Shown here one piece after another: positions 58,617-64,000 of a stretch of 64,000 nt of DNA. Position 1 is the first letter of the stretch. Each line of letters opens with the position of its first letter. Source of the DNA: Gammaproteobacteria bacterium (GTDB taxonomy: Bacteria; Pseudomonadota; Gammaproteobacteria; Ga0077536); assembly GCA_965216305.1 (NCBI GenBank), contig OZ244144.1, positions 2,036,248 through 2,100,247 on the forward strand, given 5' to 3'. The notes beneath the pieces were generated by a model that saw nothing but the letters and a program-made list of their open reading frames with translations, made no database searches and was not told where the DNA came from. The position numbers and the translations under genes were made by a program.

Positions 58617-59564
58617 ATGAAAAAATCGGATCCCGTTCTTATCGCCGGCGCCGGCGGCATGGTGGGTGCGGCAATTAAGCGCAAACTCGAAGCCGACGGG
58701 TTCACGAACCTGCTCACGCCGCGTCACGCCGAGCTCGACCTCTGCGACACGCGCGCGGTTGATGCCTACCTGCGCGAACACCGTCCGCGCGGAGTCTATG
58801 TGGCCGCGGCGAAAGTCGGCGGCATCCACGCCAATAACACGTACGCGGCAGACTTCATCTACGACAACCTGATGATTGAAGCGAACCTGATCAAGGGCGC
58901 GCATGATGTTGGCGTGGAGAAACTGCTGTTCCTCGGCAGCACTTGTATCTATCCGAAAATGAGCTCGCAGCCGATCAGGGAAGACTATTTGCTCACCGGC
59001 CCGCTCGAACCCACGAACGAGTGGTATGCCGTGGCGAAGATCGCCGGCATCAAATTGTGCCAGGCATTCCGGCGGCAGCACGGCGACCGGTTTATTTGCG
59101 CCATGCCCACGAATCTTTACGGACAAAACGACAGCTTCGATCTCGAGAACTCGCACGTACTGCCGGCGCTGATGCGGAAATTCCACGAAGCGAGGGAAGC
59201 GGGCGCGCCATCGGTCACGGTGTGGGGCAGTGGCGCGCCGCTGCGCGAATTCCTGCACGTCGACGACTGCGCCGCCGCGTGCACGTTTTTGATGCAAAAC
59301 TACGATGAACCTGAAATCGTGAACATCGGGGTGGGCCACGACATTTCCATTCTCGACCTCGCCCACCTCATCCGCGAGATCGTCGGTTTTGAAGGGGAAT
59401 TGCATTTCGATGCTTCAAAGCCCGACGGTACCCCGCGCAAGCTCGTCGATGTTACGAAAATCACGGAACTTGGCTGGCGCGCGAACATCGAACTTCGCGA
59501 CGGCATAGCGGCAACGTATGCCTGGTACCGCGAGGCCCTGCGCGACGGCAGCGTGCGGCAGTAG
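58617..59564 (+). CDS. fcl: GDP-L-fucose synthase (GDP-4-keto-6-deoxymannose 3,5-epimerase/4-reductase).
   Basis: Trimmed to ATG 58617 (MKKSDPVLIAGAGGMVGAAI). SDR-extended fold with STCIYP and YAVAK motifs. Directly follows gmd. Confidence 0.92.
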   Translation: MKKSDPVLIAGAGGMVGAAIKRKLEADGFTNLLTPRHAELDLCDTRAVDAYLREHRPRGVYVAAAKVGGIHANNTYAADFIYDNLMIEANLIKGAHDVGVEKLLFLGSTCIYPKMSSQPIREDYLLTGPLEPTNEWYAVAKIAGIKLCQAFRRQHGDRFICAMPTNLYGQNDSFDLENSHVLPALMRKFHEAREAGAPSVTVWGSGAPLREFLHVDDCAAACTFLMQNYDEPEIVNIGVGHDISILDLAHLIREIVGFEGELHFDASKPDGTPRKLVDVTKITELGWRANIELRDGIAATYAWYREALRDGSVRQ

Positions 59565-59756
59565 CCCACGCGCTGATCCGCGCATCCGGCTCAGGTCGGG
59601 CGCGCGGGGAACGCCATACCCTGGCAAGACCAATGTCAGCGGCTGTTCCCGATTCCACGGGCTGCAGGCGGTGATTGCGAACATTGTTACAGTTTTTTCA
59701 TCTGTGCCGCGTTAAAATCGCGCGCAATTTGCAGCGTTTACACAACGGAATTCCCT

Positions 59757-62147
59757 ATGAGATACATTCGTACAGTCCTGACCCTCGGCGTACTCGCATT
59801 GCTCGTCGCCTGTGGTGGAGCCGAGGATCGCAAAGCGGCACACATGGAGAAAGGTCAGGAAATGTTCGATGCGGGTAACTACGAGAAAGCCCGCCTCGAG
59901 TTCAAGAACGTCCTGCAGATCGACCCGAAAGACATTCCCGCCCGTTACGCCCTCGCCCAGACGCTCGAGAAAACCCAGAACTGGCGCGGCGCGGCCGGAC
60001 ACTATCTCGCCGTCCTCGAGGCAGACCCCACTCATCGCGACGCCCTGTCGCGCATGGGGCAGATTTACCTGCTCGGGCGCAACCTTGAAAAGGCCACAGA
60101 GCACGCGGAAAAGCTGCTGGGCCAGGATCCGAACGACGCCGACGGCCTCACCCTGCGCGCCGGCGTGCGCGCGGTTGAGAAAAATCTGGACGGGGCAAAA
60201 ACCGACGTCCTGCAGGCGCTGGAACACACGCCTGGTCACGGTAACGCCTCGGCGCTGCTCGCCTCCCTGTATCTGCGCGAAGGCGATTCGGCGAAGAGTA
60301 TCGAAACGCTCGAGACGGCGCTGGCAACGGATCCGGGTAATGCGACGATCCGCACCTTGCTCGCCCGGGTGCACACCCAGCTCGGTAATAACGATGAGGC
60401 GGCAACACTTTACGCCGACATCATCGCGCAGGAACCGGACGTGCTCGCGCATCGGCTCAGACTCGCGAATTTCCATGTCGCCGTGGAGCAACTCGACGAA
60501 GCCGAGACCGTGCTGAAACAGGCGATTGCCGAAGTCGAGGATGTGAATGCGAAGCTTGCCTACGCGGAATTCCTCGCCAAAAACCGCAGTGCGCAGCGGG
60601 CTGCCGACGAACTGAACGCGATGATCGAGGCCGAACCGGCTGAATACCGTCTGCGCTTCGCGCTCGGCAAGCTGTACGAAGTGGCGAACGATATGAACGA
60701 AGCGAAGCGGATTTACACGGACATCCTCGAGCGTACGCAAAGCGAGGACGAAAATCCGAATGCACTGGTCGCGAAAACCCGCCTCGCCGTCGTCGAAACC
60801 CGCCTTGGTGATCGCGATACCGCGCGCACCCTGGTTGAGGAGGTGCTGGCGGAAAACCCGCGCGATCAGGAGGCTCTGAAGTTGCGCGGCACCCTGTCGC
60901 TGGCTAACGGGGATGCCACGGCCGCCATCGCGGATTACCGCGCGGCGCTGCGTGACGATGCGAACAATGTAGAACTCTTGCGTCTGCTCGCGCGCGCCCA
61001 TCTCGCGAACGAGGAAATCGAACTCGCGAAAGACACCTTGCTCAAGGGCATCGAGGCCGATCAGACCGCCATCGCGCTGCGCGCCGACCTCGTCAATATC
61101 TACTCCCGGCAGCAGGAGCTCGACAACGCACTCGCGCAGCTCGAAGCCATTGCGAAATTGCAACCGACGAATGCGCAGTCCTATGAAGGCATTTTCCGTA
61201 TCCACACGCATCGCAAGGAGTGGGACAAGGCGCTGGCGGTGACGGAACGTATCAAGGCAACGTTTCCGGATCAGCCCACGGGCTTCTACCTTGCCGGTCT
61301 CGTCTACCAGGCGCAGCAGAAATTACCCGAGAGTATCGAGCAGTTCGAATCCGCGCTCGCGGTATCGCCCGATGCCGTGCAACCGCTGTCGCAGTTGATC
61401 AAGAGTCATCTTGCGCTCGACCAGCGTGACGTGGCGGAGCAGCGCTTGCTCGATGTGGTGGAGCGTAACGAAAAGAACTTCGTCGCCTACAACCTGTTCG
61501 GTGAGCTGAAGCTCGCGGCAAAGCAGCTGGAGGAGGCGAAAACCGCATTCAACAAGGCGATCGAGCTGAATCCGAAATGGGCGATCCCGTATCGTAATCT
61601 GGCCAGCGTACAGATCTCGGAAGAGCAGACCGACGCCGCGATCGAGACGATGGAAAAAGGCATCGAGGCGACGGACGGATCGGCGTTGCTCGTCACGGGA
61701 CTCGCCGCCTACCTCGAACGCACGGGCAAGCTTGATTCTGCGATCGAGCAATACCGCAAGCTGCTGGTCGACAGCCCGGATTCGACGCTGGCGGTGAACA
61801 ATCTTGCGATGCTGCTCATCGAATACAAGGACGATGAGGCAAGCCGCGACGAAGCGCGTGAGCTCGCCCGGACGCTGGAGACTTCCACGAACGCGGCGTA
61901 TCTCGATACGTTCGGTTGGGTAGAGTACAAGTTTGGCGAATACGGCCGCGCCATCGAGGCGCTGGAGAAAGCAGTGGCCGTAGCGCCGAATGCCGCGATC
62001 ATGCGCTACCACCTCGGCATGGCTTACATGGCGCAGGGTAACGAAGTGCTCGCGAAGGACAATCTCACCCAGGCGATCGAAGCGAACGTGGAATTTCGTG
62101 GCCTCGACGAAGCGAAATCCACGCTCGCGGAAATCGACGCGGGCTAA
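59757..62147 (+). CDS. prsT: PEP-CTERM system TPR-repeat lipoprotein (PrsT-like).
   Basis: Lipoprotein signal MRYIRTVLTLGVLALLVACGG, then about 20 TPR repeats over 796 aa. Located at the end of an XrtA locus, as is typical for PrsT. Confidence 0.8.
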   Translation: MRYIRTVLTLGVLALLVACGGAEDRKAAHMEKGQEMFDAGNYEKARLEFKNVLQIDPKDIPARYALAQTLEKTQNWRGAAGHYLAVLEADPTHRDALSRMGQIYLLGRNLEKATEHAEKLLGQDPNDADGLTLRAGVRAVEKNLDGAKTDVLQALEHTPGHGNASALLASLYLREGDSAKSIETLETALATDPGNATIRTLLARVHTQLGNNDEAATLYADIIAQEPDVLAHRLRLANFHVAVEQLDEAETVLKQAIAEVEDVNAKLAYAEFLAKNRSAQRAADELNAMIEAEPAEYRLRFALGKLYEVANDMNEAKRIYTDILERTQSEDENPNALVAKTRLAVVETRLGDRDTARTLVEEVLAENPRDQEALKLRGTLSLANGDATAAIADYRAALRDDANNVELLRLLARAHLANEEIELAKDTLLKGIEADQTAIALRADLVNIYSRQQELDNALAQLEAIAKLQPTNAQSYEGIFRIHTHRKEWDKALAVTERIKATFPDQPTGFYLAGLVYQAQQKLPESIEQFESALAVSPDAVQPLSQLIKSHLALDQRDVAEQRLLDVVERNEKNFVAYNLFGELKLAAKQLEEAKTAFNKAIELNPKWAIPYRNLASVQISEEQTDAAIETMEKGIEATDGSALLVTGLAAYLERTGKLDSAIEQYRKLLVDSPDSTLAVNNLAMLLIEYKDDEASRDEARELARTLETSTNAAYLDTFGWVEYKFGEYGRAIEALEKAVAVAPNAAIMRYHLGMAYMAQGNEVLAKDNLTQAIEANVEFRGLDEAKSTLAEIDAG

Positions 62148-62159
62148 GCGCGAGCGCCG

Positions 62160-63764
62160 CTAACTGTCGCGAACCCCGGCCCCCGCTGGCGGGCTGGCCG
62201 GGGGCGAGACGGATCCCACGTAACGCCAGACCACACCCGCACCGGCCAGCGCAAGCAGGCCCGCGATCAGCATCACGAGCCGTGCGCCGCGCAGAAACGC
62301 CGTGTTGATAACATCGGCAACCGCCGTTCGTGTCGCCGGATCGACGTTCTCCGGGATCTCGATCGCGGCCATATTGATCAACTCCCGCTGCAAGTAGGCC
62401 GCGAGGCCGGGTTCGAGTTCCAGCGTGGCGAACCGCGCGGCGGCGGCTCGCTCGAAGACGCCGTAGTGGATCGCACCCAGCACGGCCACGGACAACAGGA
62501 TCGCACTGCGTGCAACGGCGCTGTTAACCCCCGATGCAATTCCCGAATGTTTCACATCGACCGCGCCCATTACCACGGTCGTTACCGGCCCCACGATCAG
62601 CGCAATGCCGAGCGCGGTCGCCAGTACGCCCGGTAGATAGCCAAGCCAGAACGACGTGCCGATTGCCGGCAAGGTCCAGCTGAAAAAACCGCCGGCGAGC
62701 AACAGCATGCCGGCCGTCAGCGGAATGCGCGGCCCCACCCGGGCAACGAGGTTGCCCACCGCATGCGCGAGCCCGGCGGTGAAAAACATGAACGGCAAGG
62801 TGATCGCACCGGCTGCCAGCGGCGCGTAGCCCTGGATCTGGATCCATGTGAGCATCATCACGTAGAACCCACCGCCGATCGTGCAGTAGGCGAGAAACGT
62901 GGCGATATTGACCGCGCTGAAATCACGCGAATGGAACATGCTCAGTGGCAACAACGGCGCCGGCGTGCGCGATTGCGTGCGAATAAACATCCAGGCGCCG
63001 ACGCCGGCAAGGCAAAAGCCGGTGACGATGAGGGGGTGCGAGAGGCCGAATACCGAGGTTTCGATCGCCGCGAACGTGAATATGCCGAGCGTGGCTATCG
63101 AGCACGCGGCACCGGTCCAGTCGAACGGATGATCGCGATGGGGGATGTCCTTAACCGCGTACGAGGTGGTTAGCATCCACCATGCGGCGAGCGCGATGGG
63201 AACGTTCATCCAGAACATGTAGCGCCACGACGCGTAGTCGACCATGAATCCGCCGATCAAGGGACCGAGACCGGCGCCCACCGCACTGAAACTGGACCAC
63301 AGGCCAACGGCCCGGCCGCGGCTGGCGGCAGGATAGGCCGAGTTGACGAGCCCGAGACTCGATGGCACCAGCAGGGCGGCCGCGAAACCCTGCAGCACGC
63401 GCGCCACAATCATGAGTTGCGGATCCGTGGCCGCGCCGCAGAGAACCGACGCCACGGTGTAGCACCACAAACCGAGGCAGAATGTTCTGCGATGACCGAA
63501 GCGATCGGAGAATGCGCCGGCGCCGAGCAGGAGCGAGGCGATCGCAAGGTTATAGCCGGAAACGATCCATTGAATGTCGGTGGCGTCCGCGCCGAGTTGT
63601 CGTTGAAACGTCGGCAGCGCAACGTTGACCACGCTCGCACCGATAAAGCCGAGGCTCGCGCCGCTTACCGCAGCGACAAGGACCCGTCCCGTGCGCGGTG
63701 TGTGCTCATGCCCGGGCATTTGTTCGGCCTGCGCACGCCGGGACGATGAGCTGGGGCGCAGCAC
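62160..63764 (-). CDS. MFS transporter, DHA2 (EmrB/QacA) 14-TM drug/H+ antiporter family.
   Basis: 14 predicted TM helices. MFS motif A-like GxLaDRxGrR (GAFSDRFGHRR). Alternative start at ATG 63719 (MPGHEH...). Confidence 0.8.
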   Translation of the reverse strand: MLRPSSSSRRAQAEQMPGHEHTPRTGRVLVAAVSGASLGFIGASVVNVALPTFQRQLGADATDIQWIVSGYNLAIASLLLGAGAFSDRFGHRRTFCLGLWCYTVASVLCGAATDPQLMIVARVLQGFAAALLVPSSLGLVNSAYPAASRGRAVGLWSSFSAVGAGLGPLIGGFMVDYASWRYMFWMNVPIALAAWWMLTTSYAVKDIPHRDHPFDWTGAACSIATLGIFTFAAIETSVFGLSHPLIVTGFCLAGVGAWMFIRTQSRTPAPLLPLSMFHSRDFSAVNIATFLAYCTIGGGFYVMMLTWIQIQGYAPLAAGAITLPFMFFTAGLAHAVGNLVARVGPRIPLTAGMLLLAGGFFSWTLPAIGTSFWLGYLPGVLATALGIALIVGPVTTVVMGAVDVKHSGIASGVNSAVARSAILLSVAVLGAIHYGVFERAAAARFATLELEPGLAAYLQRELINMAAIEIPENVDPATRTAVADVINTAFLRGARLVMLIAGLLALAGAGVVWRYVGSVSPPASPPAGAGVRDS

Positions 63765-63846
63765 TACGGGGCCGCGCTCAGCGGATCCTGGGATAAAAAA
63801 TTAATAGCGGGGAGGGGAAGATTACGGGGTGACGGGAAGTGAGCAG

Positions 63847-63868
63847 GCCCGCGCCGTGCGGCGCGGGC
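63847..63868. terminator. GC-rich perfect hairpin (9-bp stem, 4-nt loop) between the partial gene and the MFS transporter gene.
   Basis: GCCCGCGCC-GTGC-GGCGCGGGC. No adjacent U-tract on the minus strand, so terminator function is uncertain. Confidence 0.3.
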
Positions 63869-63884
63869 CCGGGCCGGATGCGCC

Positions 63885-64000
63885 TTACGCGGCGTCCTTC
63901 GTGATCACTTTGGCGGTTTCGTTGTCCACCACGATCGGGCAGTCGAGGTATTCAAGCAGCGGCGGTTCGCCCCAGGCTTCGGTCATGTATTTTTCCCAGT
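63885..64000 (-). CDS. 3' end of an unidentified gene (C-terminal ~38 codons only).
   Basis: Open frame running off the window edge and ending ...WEKYMTEAWGEPPLLEYLDCPIVVDNETAKVITKDAA*. No family assignment attempted. Confidence 0.3.
   Translation of the reverse strand, partial: WEKYMTEAWGEPPLLEYLDCPIVVDNETAKVITKDAA

Overview
This is a high-GC (~60%) proteobacterial chromosomal segment with 50 supportable coding features, 2 predicted terminator hairpins and 1 gene remnant. No rRNA, tRNA, CRISPR or mobile-element genes were seen. The left third (1-31 kb) is housekeeping and envelope genes. It carries ahcY, a cytochrome b561/YceI pair, cysS, sufE, a GAF-HD-GYP protein and a type-2 ileS. It also carries an mlaFEDC lipid-asymmetry operon plus a second standalone mlaC paralog, a secreted protein with a PEP-CTERM-like (VPLPA-type) sorting tail, and a large DUF1631-like protein. 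Further along are an orphan xdhC plus MocA/MobA-like Mo-cofactor pair and a REC-PAS-GGDEF-EAL protein. A six-gene MoxR/BatABCD-type operon (moxR, DUF58, DUF4381, batA, batB-batC fusion, batD) and apbE complete this part. The remaining ~30 kb (29.8-62.1 kb) is one long plus-strand exopolysaccharide locus of the exosortase-A (XrtA)/PEP-CTERM type. It runs from manC through a GspA-like ATPase, a Wza-like exporter, an outer-membrane beta-barrel protein, a chain-length determinant, a BY-kinase-like ATPase, wecB, a beta-helix protein, Wzx- and Wzy-like proteins and an acetyltransferase. It then carries two sulfotransferases, three GT4 glycosyltransferases, two Gfo/Idh/MocA-containing oxidoreductases and a cytoplasmic heparinase II/III-like protein. 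It ends with an XrtA-EpsI fusion, a WecA-type initiating transferase, gmd, fcl and the PrsT TPR lipoprotein. A DHA2-family MFS transporter and a partial gene close the window. The most notable prediction is that this locus makes a sulfated, acetylated, fucose-containing EPS. Its core (about 31.5-48.6 kb) is visibly lower in GC than the flanks. That core ends at a decayed duplicate of the 5' end of the next gene, which I read as a recombination scar.
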